64,000 bases of DNA from a virus (taxonomy: Duplodnaviria > Caudoviricetes): the IMG/VR virus record IMGVR_UViG_2502957028_000003, positions 3,810-67,809 of that record; one strand, given 5' to 3'. Both the position numbers and the translations under genes were made by a program. Below, piece after piece: positions 45,434 to 54,255 of this stretch. Numbering within the stretch: the stretch's first letter is position 1; each line of letters opens with the position of its first letter. Under the pieces are notes generated by a model, which was given only the letters and a program-made list of their open reading frames with translations, was not told the origin of the DNA and searched no databases.

Positions 45434-46277
45434 CCTCCGTTTCCAGAATATCCGTGGCCACTCTGTCTGTTTCCCACGTCCTGTGTCTTGTATAAAACTC
45501 CTCGTCTCCCTGCCGGATAATAGACCCGCCTATCATTGGTGTTGTCACTCTTCCGCCAGGAATGCGGAACAAAAACGGGGTTTTTAACTGCCATGCCGAT
45601 GTGACAAAGATTGTCCCATAACCGTTTTTGGTCGGAATTCTTACCTCTGCGTGGCGGTGCCTGTGACTCCTGACAACGACATCAGGTATCTGGCGGCCCC
45701 ACCTTGCCGACTCAGAACAAAACTCATTAAATTCCTTTGTGAGCGCCGTTGTCTCATAAGCCATGGAGCCGGTTACTCCGATGTGGTGTGAGGCGTGAAC
45801 AAGGCAGTTTCCGACCTTGAGGTACGCCTCATAACGGCTGTGCTTCCCGTTTGAATCCTTGACACAACCTATCCTTGCGGCGATTCGTTCTTCATCTTCG
45901 CCAGCTTCCCCGGCGTGAACAGGCGTCCCTGAGACGTAATAAATACGGCCTTCACACTTTTCGACAACCGGAGACAGGACGGCGACTGCGATTTCTTCTT
46001 GGTCGGCCTTATCCTGGCTCACCTGATGGGTTGCATTATGGTGTCTTCCATCCACAATATCGCCATTCAATAACACAGCGTAAGGCTCTCCGCGTGTAAC
46101 CTTCGGAACCCACACATTCCAGAATTCAAGCCACTTCTCCCATACAACGGCCTGTAAGTCTGAGTGGTGATAGTATCCGCCATGCCTAAGCATGATTTTT
46201 GGAGGGCAAAGCCCAAGTTGGCATCCGCAATGGGTGTCTGAAATACAGATTAGGTTTTTGATCGGTTCTTTTTGCAA
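45420..46277 (-). CDS. Calcineurin-like metallophosphoesterase
   Basis: SDTHCG, NGDIVDG, GTPVH, HHIG and SHRH motifs. Confidence 0.88.
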   Translation of the reverse strand: MQKEPIKNLICISDTHCGCQLGLCPPKIMLRHGGYYHHSDLQAVVWEKWLEFWNVWVPKVTRGEPYAVLLNGDIVDGRHHNATHQVSQDKADQEEIAVAVLSPVVEKCEGRIYYVSGTPVHAGEAGEDEERIAARIGCVKDSNGKHSRYEAYLKVGNCLVHASHHIGVTGSMAYETTALTKEFNEFCSESARWGRQIPDVVVRSHRHRHAEVRIPTKNGYGTIFVTSAWQLKTPFLFRIPGGRVTTPMIGGSIIRQGDEEFYTRHRTWETDRVATDILETEVVNE

Positions 46278-46278
46278 G

Positions 46279-46635
46279 TTAATTCTCCTTTTCAGCCTTC
46301 GGCAACAACCTGTCTGCAGCTATCGCCGTGTAGCCAGCGAGGTCAACGTAATTGTCCCGGCAAGGTTTCTGCCCTGACATCCGTGCGATTTTAAAAAGCA
46401 TCATCATATGGGCCACATCCAGTGCCGAAAGCTCCCGGCCAAGATAGGTAGACCAGTGACCGGCTATCAGCGCAAACGAGTCCTCGGGCGCCCCGTAACT
46501 GTCCTGGCGTTCGCCGTTGATGATGTGGTCTGCTTCGGCGAGACAGTCAGGAATCCAACTTAAGCACGGAGACCCGTTTTTTCCACAATAATCACACCCC
46601 TTGTAACCGCAATTCTGACACGTTTTTTCCATCAC
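46279..46635 (-). CDS. DUF6378-like protein
   Basis: INGERQDSYGAPEDSFALIA...MMLFKIAR...DNYVDLAGY. Confidence 0.8.
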   Translation of the reverse strand: MMEKTCQNCGYKGCDYCGKNGSPCLSWIPDCLAEADHIINGERQDSYGAPEDSFALIAGHWSTYLGRELSALDVAHMMMLFKIARMSGQKPCRDNYVDLAGYTAIAADRLLPKAEKEN

Positions 46636-46985
46636 ACCATCCCCCTATCCACGGTGTCGTCAATCGGCGGCGGGGTCCGCTTCCGAAGACTGAAAAGCAT
46701 TTTGTCGTGGTCTTTCATACCCTCAACCAGCATGGCGTTAAATTCTTCCCGGCTCTCAAACGTATGGCCCGATTCCTCCCCCTGGCGAAGCGCCTGAAAA
46801 ACCAGAAGTGGCGCAAAGCCAAGGTTTTTTCTGACATCCTTGTCGCACACGCACTGCAACATGATATCCGGCCAATGTTCGTTGCATTGCAGGACTTTCG
46901 CCATTTCGTGGGCCCTGGTCCTGTCGTCAAGGTCCGGGTCGGTGCAGCACTTGCGTTTGATAAAGTTTGAAAATGTGATTTTCAT
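46632..46985 (-). CDS. Hypothetical protein
   Basis: GGAGAG RBS; coupled to next gene. Confidence 0.65.
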   Translation of the reverse strand: MKITFSNFIKRKCCTDPDLDDRTRAHEMAKVLQCNEHWPDIMLQCVCDKDVRKNLGFAPLLVFQALRQGEESGHTFESREEFNAMLVEGMKDHDKMLFSLRKRTPPPIDDTVDRGMV

Positions 46986-46993
46986 TTTCTCTC

Positions 46994-48388
46994 CTATACC
47001 CTATAGTTTTCATGAACCCAATCCCCGAAGGTCTGGGTTTTTGGCGCCCATGTCAGGTTGACAACACCCGTGGGGCCTTCCTTTTGCTTGGCAATATTCA
47101 ACTCGACAACACCGCGTTTTTCCGCGGGCGTCGCCTCGCCCAAATACTTTTCCTCATAGAAAATCAGGGCTATCACATCGGCGTCCTGCTCGATATTCCC
47201 TGACTCTCGCAAATCAGACATCATGGGCCGCTTATTAGGCCGTTCCTCACATTTTCGGTTGAGTTGGCTTAGCGCGATAATCGGGATATTTAATTCCTTG
47301 GAGGCAAGTTTAAGCATCCGCGACATAGCCCCAACCCGCTCGTCATTCCGGTTGAATTTCCCGCGAACGTCCGCCAATTGGAGGTAATCTATAATCGCAA
47401 GCCCCAGGCCGCGCTCTTTCTTTATCCGGCGCATTTGCCTGACGATATCCTGAATCACATAGGCCTCATCGTCGAAAACCATTGGCAAGTCGTAAAGGTG
47501 CCGGAACGCCCGGTAAATAGCCTCCCGGTTTTCACGTGAGAAGTTGCCGTCCCTAAACTTGGAAAGGTTGACCTTGGCCTCATCCGCAGCCATTCGGAAC
47601 AAGAGCCGCTTATTCGATGTTTCCAGGGAAAATACGGCTACAGTCTCGCCAGCCTTCGCTGCGCTCTTTCCGATATTTAGCGCTAAAGCCGTCTTACCCA
47701 TGCTTGGGCGACCGGCGACGATAATGAGATCCGCAGGCTGTAATCCTCCAGTCATCTTGTTTAGATCGACGAATCCGGTATCAACCCCGCTCAATATCCC
47801 ACGATTATTTTCTAGCCATTCGCAGTGTTCTATCGCTTCCTGAACAACGGAAGACATCCCTTCCCAGGAGGCGCCAGACCCGCTTTTGTGGTCCACGGCC
47901 ATAATTTCAGATTGACTCATATCGAGTATTTCAGCGGCGCTTAAGGAGTCGTCGTAGCATTGGGCCGCTTGGTCGGAATGGAGTTGGATTAGGCGGCGCT
48001 TGGTGGATTTATCCCTGACTATATCGCAATAGTGCTGGATGTTAGCGGCCATGGGCACGGAGTTGACCAACCTGGACAGAAAGGCCGCACCACCCACGGC
48101 CTCAATATCTTTTTGCTCCATCAAGTGGTTTGAAACAGTCACGAGGTCAACCGGCTGGCCCTTGCCGAACAAATGAGCCATGGCCTTAAAAACCTTACCG
48201 TTACCGTCCCGGTAAAAATCATCCGGCAAGAGCAAGTTGACGGCCTCTTCCAGTGAATCCCTGGAAAGCAGGCAGGCCGACAATACGGATTCTTCCGCTT
48301 CGATATTGGCTGGCGGCATCTTCTGGAGGCTCAGGCCGGATGTTTTGTTAGGTCGGTTATTCGTCACTGTCCATATCCGAGAAGTCAT
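46994..48388 (-). CDS. dnaB: Replicative DNA helicase
   Basis: AGRPSMGKT, IIDYLQL, LSQLNR and SDLRESGNIEQDAD motifs. Confidence 0.97.
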   Translation of the reverse strand: MTSRIWTVTNNRPNKTSGLSLQKMPPANIEAEESVLSACLLSRDSLEEAVNLLLPDDFYRDGNGKVFKAMAHLFGKGQPVDLVTVSNHLMEQKDIEAVGGAAFLSRLVNSVPMAANIQHYCDIVRDKSTKRRLIQLHSDQAAQCYDDSLSAAEILDMSQSEIMAVDHKSGSGASWEGMSSVVQEAIEHCEWLENNRGILSGVDTGFVDLNKMTGGLQPADLIIVAGRPSMGKTALALNIGKSAAKAGETVAVFSLETSNKRLLFRMAADEAKVNLSKFRDGNFSRENREAIYRAFRHLYDLPMVFDDEAYVIQDIVRQMRRIKKERGLGLAIIDYLQLADVRGKFNRNDERVGAMSRMLKLASKELNIPIIALSQLNRKCEERPNKRPMMSDLRESGNIEQDADVIALIFYEEKYLGEATPAEKRGVVELNIAKQKEGPTGVVNLTWAPKTQTFGDWVHENYRV

Positions 48389-49178
48389 AGAGTTTTGGAG
48401 CGTCTGGAATTTCCGGTTGCTGTCCAGGAAGGCCTATCCTGCTTTTGACGGCCAATTGGTCCCATTGCTTGCGGAGTTTCCCCGGCGAAAGAATATTCCC
48501 TTTCCAGAATTCGTCTTTTTGCGTCCAGCGGATCATTTCCTTGATTTCATCCAAAGACTTTCCGTCCAAACGAATTATCAAGTCAAATTCTTTAGCCCAT
48601 GTCTGGTAGTTTGGCTCTTTTGCTTTTGGATTGTTTTTTTTGATATGCTTAAATAAAAATTCTGCAAGTCGAACTTCGTCAGAAGTTTCGACAAATAAGT
48701 TTTTATCTTGTTCTTGTTCTTGTTCTTGTTCTTGATTAGGCATAGCCTTCGAGAAGTCTTTAGGTAAGGCTTTACGATAGCCTTCCGAAAGGCTTTCGGT
48801 ATACCTTTTAACATGCTGCAATAATTCATAATAAAGCACACATTCTGGTAGCATATCCAGCGCCTTACCCCAACTTTTTACGACATTCGGACTCTCTGGG
48901 CCATTGTGTTTCAGAAATTTTGGGAGCCATACAAAACAGGCCCTTTCGTCATACTTCACCATACCCTTCGACAAGGCTTCCTCAAAGGCTTTGCTAAAGG
49001 CTTTCGGTTGCCAACCTAATTCATCCGCAAGGCCGTTTTGGGAAGCCCTCATGGCTCCGAGCGATGTCATATGAGGATGTGTAATCAGGAACAAGAACAC
49101 AAGCTTTCCGCTATCCGAAAATTCTCGAAAATTCTTGTCGTTCCAAATGGCGACCTCTACTTTCCTGTACTTACCCAC
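48357..49178 (-). CDS. Phage replication initiator with internal iteron-like AAGGCTTT repeats
   Basis: N-terminal wHTH, EQEQEQE linker, lambda-O-like C-terminus (FWKGNILSPGKLRKQWDQL); repeats about 48740-49010; upstream of dnaB. Confidence 0.85.
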   Translation of the reverse strand: MGKYRKVEVAIWNDKNFREFSDSGKLVFLFLITHPHMTSLGAMRASQNGLADELGWQPKAFSKAFEEALSKGMVKYDERACFVWLPKFLKHNGPESPNVVKSWGKALDMLPECVLYYELLQHVKRYTESLSEGYRKALPKDFSKAMPNQEQEQEQEQDKNLFVETSDEVRLAEFLFKHIKKNNPKAKEPNYQTWAKEFDLIIRLDGKSLDEIKEMIRWTQKDEFWKGNILSPGKLRKQWDQLAVKSRIGLPGQQPEIPDAPKLYDFSDMDSDE

Positions 49179-49700
49179 TTAACCAGCCCTCCGAGCCAAT
49201 TCTTTTTTGTTCAGCGAAATGCCAAGTTTTGACGCAACTTTATAAACATACCCAGGTTGACAGCCAACGGATGACGCGATTTTTTTAGCATCGCGCACAC
49301 CCTTGTCAAACAGCTTGATTATGTTCCCCTTATGTCCAGGATATGAGTTGCCGAGTTTGTGCTTCCTTGCGATTTTCTTGATAGTGGTCTGCGAGACCCC
49401 GAGCTCATCCCCGATAGCGCACTGCGTCATACCACCAGAAATCATTTTTTGAACAAGATTAACAACTGTCGGCTGATCTATAAATTGCACACCAGGGGAG
49501 TTAAAATAGAACTCTGTGGGGTCGTAGAATTCGCCGTACAATTTTACATAATCCGGAATAGTTCCGTCGCAGTCGAATCCTGTCATGCACAGCCTTGCCG
49601 GTGCCATGGAATCGCCAGCCACCATGACGCAATCAATCCAATTCGGGCAATCGCCATGTTTTTCGTATCTGGAATCAAATAGTTTTTGTTTGTCTGGCAA
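49179..49700 (-). CDS. HTH-containing protein
   Basis: TTG start with GGGG RBS; two C-terminal HTH-like motifs. Confidence 0.65.
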   Translation of the reverse strand: MPDKQKLFDSRYEKHGDCPNWIDCVMVAGDSMAPARLCMTGFDCDGTIPDYVKLYGEFYDPTEFYFNSPGVQFIDQPTVVNLVQKMISGGMTQCAIGDELGVSQTTIKKIARKHKLGNSYPGHKGNIIKLFDKGVRDAKKIASSVGCQPGYVYKVASKLGISLNKKELARRAG

Positions 49701-49779
49701 TTTGTAAACCCCTTAATTTATTCATGTATACATTGTAATACAACCAAACTACAACTGTAATACAGACAAGCCAAAAAAA

Positions 49780-50082
49780 TTATTTTAAGATGGAAATCAT
49801 GGGGGCAATATTGTCCCAGTTGGCAATAATTTTTTTAGCGTTTTCATCGGAACCGACAACAGAAAAAAGGGTTAACGCCATGCGCAAAACATCAGACCTT
49901 TTCCCGAACATCTTGGCCGCCATTTCATCAAGTTTTTTAGCCCCTGATGGGGTTACTCTGAATGTAATAACCGGGTCTCTTGACTCATGGTCGCCAGACG
50001 GGAAATTGTTGATAACCTGGTTTCTGATTGTGCAGCCGCAAAAATTAAACCCTTGCTGCTCAGGGGCTTTTGGGTTTTCCAT
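49780..50082 (-). CDS. Ribbon-helix-helix regulator (Cro/Arc-like position)
   Basis: VITFRVTP...KKLDEMA...RSDVLRMAL; divergent from repressor. Confidence 0.7.
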   Translation of the reverse strand: MENPKAPEQQGFNFCGCTIRNQVINNFPSGDHESRDPVITFRVTPSGAKKLDEMAAKMFGKRSDVLRMALTLFSVVGSDENAKKIIANWDNIAPMISILK

Positions 50083-50181
50083 GATTTTTACCTCAAGGTT
50101 TTTATTGGTTGACCCGAAATAGCCAGAAAGGCTAAAGTCCTATGTGTCTTTGGATTTTTCACGAGTATAGGATATGCTAAA

Positions 50182-50715
50182 ATGGAAGAAGTGTCAATAA
50201 AAAAAAGTGCAAAAATAGAAGATTTTGATCAAATCAATCTTTTTGAGCGCATTAAAAAACACTACTTGATTAATACTGTTAATGATTTAGCTGACGTTTG
50301 TTTTATGTCGCCAAATCAGGTTTCAAAGTTAAATTCAATAGACAAAAAAAGGGGGGTTTACTATAAAAAACTTAGTATTTTTGAGCTGGTCCATATATGT
50401 AAAAAAACAGGCCTTAGCGCCGATTATTTGCTTTTCGGGAAAACGGAAGCGGAGGGCTCGGTGACGCGCGAACCCACAGAAACACACGCGACAGCGTTAA
50501 TATCTCAGGCTGAGTACGAAAGAAAACTTAGAAAACTTACGGAAGAAAAATGCAGGCTAAAGGATGAGATCCTTGAACTTGAGAGGGAAAATAGACGTCT
50601 TGACGTTACGCTAACGGATTTGCGGGGAAAATTGAACGAGACCGAAGACGCACTGAAAGAACACGGGATCGCCAAGGAATTGGACGATCAACAGGCCGCG
50701 ACCATCGCAAGATAG
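50182..50715 (+). CDS. CI-like repressor (HTH plus coiled coil, no S24 peptidase domain)
   Basis: FERIK...LAD...QVSK...TGLSADYLLFG phage-CI HTH pattern. Confidence 0.7.
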   Translation: MEEVSIKKSAKIEDFDQINLFERIKKHYLINTVNDLADVCFMSPNQVSKLNSIDKKRGVYYKKLSIFELVHICKKTGLSADYLLFGKTEAEGSVTREPTETHATALISQAEYERKLRKLTEEKCRLKDEILELERENRRLDVTLTDLRGKLNETEDALKEHGIAKELDDQQAATIAR

Positions 50716-51111
50716 AAGGCATTCGGTATAGGGATGGTTACCCTATTTGCTGTATATCAACACGTTTAGAAAATAATTATATCACTCAAGTTCTATTTAA
50801 AGCTGTAAAACATAACGCCTATCTTTTTGGAACATTGTCCTATGCTGCTATCCTTTCTAATTTTATCGTAGCTTCCGATTGGCCCACGCCCCTGCGCGAC
50901 ACCGTAAATAAAATTCACATGAGTGATATTTATCCCCATGAATTTTTGCCCATACCACAAAAAATGTTTGACACATGCGTCCGCACAGGTAAAAATGCCT
51001 CATTCATTTACTGGTTAAAATATGGCAGCAATATGGCCCTGCGGAAATTCCAAGTTTACTGGGAGCTTGGTGAGATCAGGCTTTTCATTAAGCCCTATAA
51101 GGAGAAATGAC

Positions 51112-51675
51112 ATGTGGAAATCTTTTTTAACGGCTATGATTTTTCTTTTAATACTGTCAACATCTTTTGCCGGAGCCTATGATATCCATGGAGATATTAA
51201 CCTGATTATTAATAACGACTCTGCAAGAATTCAAATTGGCAGAGCCTGCTATTATTTTTCGAGCGGCGCAGAATCAGACAATATGTTTATTAGAGTCGTA
51301 GCCAGTGAAACCGCATATACAGGCGATGGAACATATTTTGGTTACGCTGTCTGTGAATTCGCCATAGGAACTCTTGACAGCGGATTTTGTTATGACAACA
51401 TAGACCAAACCACGCCTTACGTAGAGCCAGGCCCCGACCAGGAATACTATATCGCCGTTGCCCTTGTCAGTTATTCTGGCGATATAGGTATTTTATTGGA
51501 CATTTACGAGTTCGAAGGGAAACATCGACTTGGGAGTGGATCTGATTTTGCAGAATTATCCGGGGTTGCCGAAGACACACTTGATATCCCGCCTCAAAAC
51601 TCCAATGATAAAAAAATTAATTACGTCGAATCGAGCGACGACACCTGTTTTGTAGGTTCTCTAAAATATAAATGA
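51112..51675 (+). CDS. Secreted moron protein with C-terminal CFxxxL motif
   Basis: MWKSFLTAMIFLLILSTSFAGA leader; ends SSDDTCFVGSLKYK. Confidence 0.75.
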   Translation: MWKSFLTAMIFLLILSTSFAGAYDIHGDINLIINNDSARIQIGRACYYFSSGAESDNMFIRVVASETAYTGDGTYFGYAVCEFAIGTLDSGFCYDNIDQTTPYVEPGPDQEYYIAVALVSYSGDIGILLDIYEFEGKHRLGSGSDFAELSGVAEDTLDIPPQNSNDKKINYVESSDDTCFVGSLKYK

Positions 51676-51741
51676 AACCAAGAGCTTAAATAACGTAAGC
51701 CACTTTTTTGTAATTTTTTCTTCCAAATTAGAATTTTTTTC

Positions 51742-51770
51742 TTGACCTATCTTCCAAGATAGCATACACT
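51742..51770 (+). promoter_or_regulatory. Early promoter with operator palindrome
   Basis: TTGACC-N17-TACACT; spacer contains CTATCTT-CC-AAGATAG (51747-51762). Confidence 0.8.
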
Positions 51771-52371
51771 GTCCCCAACAATCACGAAACGGGGGCAGAA
51801 TGAAATACATCATATCCCACAATTCAATCGATTTCACCAACCAACCAGACCGGCGCACAGGCGAAAAAAAGGCCGACGCCCCCAATACTTCGGCCTCCGG
51901 TCTGGCCCTTTATGCACACGACACCCAAAACCTGGCCGTCCCTTGGCTGGTGGATTCCTTCAAACACCTGGAATCTTCCTGGCCTTGCGGATTTGCGCCC
52001 GTCGCAGGCCCCTGCCAAATAAAAGGCTTGGGGAGTGCGGCAACGGTTGCGGGTGCTCGAATTATGGCCTGCTCTTGTCATAACACCGCACATTTTTTGT
52101 TCCGGCTACCGACGATGCCGAAAATGTGCGGCGGGACTTTCCCGACTCCTTTCGCCGTGACTTGCGCCAGTGCTCACGGAAAATCGTCTGAAACGGGCGT
52201 GATGTGGCAGTAGGGGAACGAGTAGTAAAGCTGTGTGGGGATTACCGGCATCCGGCATTTATCAGCTATTTCGGTAAAATCTCCGGAGCCGGTTTTTCCC
52301 GAAGCTCGGCCAGACAGGCAGCAATTCGAAAGGTTTTTGAAAGGTGGGAGCACCTGAGTAGGTGGAATACG

Positions 52372-52383
52372 GTTCTTTGAAAA
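52372..52383 (+). promoter_or_regulatory. boxA-like antitermination element
   Basis: GTTCTTTGAAAA resembles rRNA-operon boxA. Confidence 0.45.
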
Positions 52384-52386
52384 TCT

Positions 52387-52512
52387 GGGGTAGTGGCGGA
52401 ATAGAGACGCGGTGGCGGGTGCGCCAGTGAAACCGACTGGAAGTGCACTTCCTGGTCACCACCCGTAGGACGCACGGCCTACGTGCAGGTTCAAACCCTG
52501 CCTACCCCACCC
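52387..52512 (+). ncRNA. tRNA-Leu-like RNA with anticodon arm replaced by a long hairpin
   Basis: GGGGTAG/CTACCCC acceptor, A73, GCG/CGC D-stem, variable arm, GCAGG-TTCAAAC-CCTGC T-arm. Confidence 0.75.
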
Positions 52513-52936
52513 AATTTGAGCAATGGGCAACCAGTCAACCGGCCCACAGGCCACAACCCAAGAAAGGAGAGCGTATGAAAATCAGAGGACCCGATGGAAA
52601 AGGCAACAGTATGAGAATTTTTAAATCTCCTTGCCCCCTGGTCGATCCGACCGACGAGTAACCCAGGATACCATGGAGTCACTATGACCAAAAAACGATA
52701 CCGGCCCCATGCTGCCCGGCAGACTCCGGGCGCCAGACCTGTACGAGGAAAACTTCATAATAGCGCCGCCCTGCCGAGTGTCGGGGCGGCGATAAAAATC
52801 ATTTTAGCCAATCACCCCGGCCCAATAATTTTTTAACCATAAAAGCGCAGGGCAGCGCAACGGAGATATCGAAGCGGAAGTTTTGTTTTAAGTGTGAACG
52901 AACGGGCCGGGGTTAACTAATTAAAGGAAAAATATC

Positions 52937-53221
52937 ATGGTCCACGAATCCCAAATAACCATAGACGGCATCGACTACCGCTTAATTGACACAGATTGGA
53001 GCCCGGGCACACCGATGCTGATTCACACGCACCCGGAATACATCGAGCCAGATTGGTGTGCCTGGGAAATTCTTCGGACAGACGAGGACCGGGATTGCTG
53101 GCGGACGATGGAGCCGGACGAATATGACATGTTTATTGAACGTAATTGGCAAGTTGTTCTAGAGCATCTAAAGCGCGAATCAGCGCAAGGGACAGATGAG
53201 CCAGTTAGGAGGGTAGCCTAA
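52937..53221 (+). CDS. Hypothetical acidic protein
   Basis: AAAGGA RBS. Confidence 0.7.
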   Translation: MVHESQITIDGIDYRLIDTDWSPGTPMLIHTHPEYIEPDWCAWEILRTDEDRDCWRTMEPDEYDMFIERNWQVVLEHLKRESAQGTDEPVRRVA

Positions 53222-53346
53222 GTGACCATCCCATGCACCATATACGGCATTATTGCAGACCTGACCCCGAAGTACACGCCGTGCCTTTGCCTCCTGGTGG
53301 TTCTGGCGGTGCTGATTGCGTGGCGGATGGATAAAAGGAGGGTGAT

Positions 53347-53634
53347 ATGAAGGCGAGAAAACACGTAAACATTCCGGCAATTTTTAAAAAATCTGCAAAG
53401 GAATATTTTGAGTGTTCAGAGTTAGACACTGTATGTCCTTTTTGCTTTGATCATCCAAAAGATCACCACTTATCTATTGATAAGGATTGCAAATATTGCA
53501 GTAGGCTGTTTGGGCCAAAAGACGAAGATGGGCCAATGTGTCCATGCAATAGGTTTGGCTACGAAAATATGGAGGCCATCCGCGACTGGGCCAAGTTGGT
53601 TCCAATCCGCTTTGTGGGAAAGGAGCATGTCTAA
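53347..53634 (+). CDS. Cys-rich hypothetical protein
   Basis: AAGGAGG RBS; CPFC, CKYC, CPC motifs. Confidence 0.7.
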   Translation: MKARKHVNIPAIFKKSAKEYFECSELDTVCPFCFDHPKDHHLSIDKDCKYCSRLFGPKDEDGPMCPCNRFGYENMEAIRDWAKLVPIRFVGKEHV

Positions 53635-53891
53635 TGCACCACAATATCAACTATGCAGCAATGAGCAAGGACGCCCAAATCGCCGCCCTTAAATCAGCCC
53701 TTGACGACCTCCTGAATGAGGTTGAGCAGCATCTTTTGCCGGAGGCCGCGCGCAGCCAGTTTCATGGACTGCATTACTGCAAGGATTGCGGGAATCATAT
53801 TTGGATGAATAATGAAGCTCACGCCGACGACTGCCAGTTTTCCGAGTCCGTGCGGATAATCGAGAGAGCCAAGGAGGCCGCAGATGCCTAA
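53634..53891 (+). CDS. Hypothetical protein with CxxC
   Basis: TAATG coupling. Confidence 0.6.
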   Translation: MHHNINYAAMSKDAQIAALKSALDDLLNEVEQHLLPEAARSQFHGLHYCKDCGNHIWMNNEAHADDCQFSESVRIIERAKEAADA

Positions 53892-54135
53892 GTACCTGAA
53901 CATACCCACAGAGGACTGGATGAAACTCAAAGCCCAACTCGCCGAAGCCAAGCGCCAGCGTGACGAGCTTTTGGAAGTGGTTGGTGTGGTTCTAAAGAAG
54001 GATGTAGCGTTTTTGCTTGCAGGGACAATTGGAGGTACGTGCATACCAGAGAGTATTGAATATCAAAGGTCTATTGCAAGCGCAGCCCAAACCGCCGCCC
54101 ACATCGAAAACGAGTTGAGGTCCGCCGATGCCTAA
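53884..54135 (+). CDS. Hypothetical coiled-coil protein
   Basis: AAGGAGG RBS; coupled. Confidence 0.65.
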   Translation: MPKYLNIPTEDWMKLKAQLAEAKRQRDELLEVVGVVLKKDVAFLLAGTIGGTCIPESIEYQRSIASAAQTAAHIENELRSADA

Positions 54136-54255
54136 CTGGCTATCCATAACCCTAAAGGCCATCGCGCTCTGGGCCGTGATATCCATCCCGGCCGGCTGGT
54201 TCCTGGGCCGGTTCTGCGCCGCTGGAAAAGGGGCGCTGTATCCGAGGAGGAAGAA

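Noticed and set aside
48709-48736. (GAACAA)n microsatellite on the - strand
   Set aside because: Encodes the EQEQEQ linker typical of phage replication initiators
50835-51110. 91-aa ORF between repressor and moron
   Set aside because: TTG start, no clear RBS, AT-rich and no motif; cannot be supported
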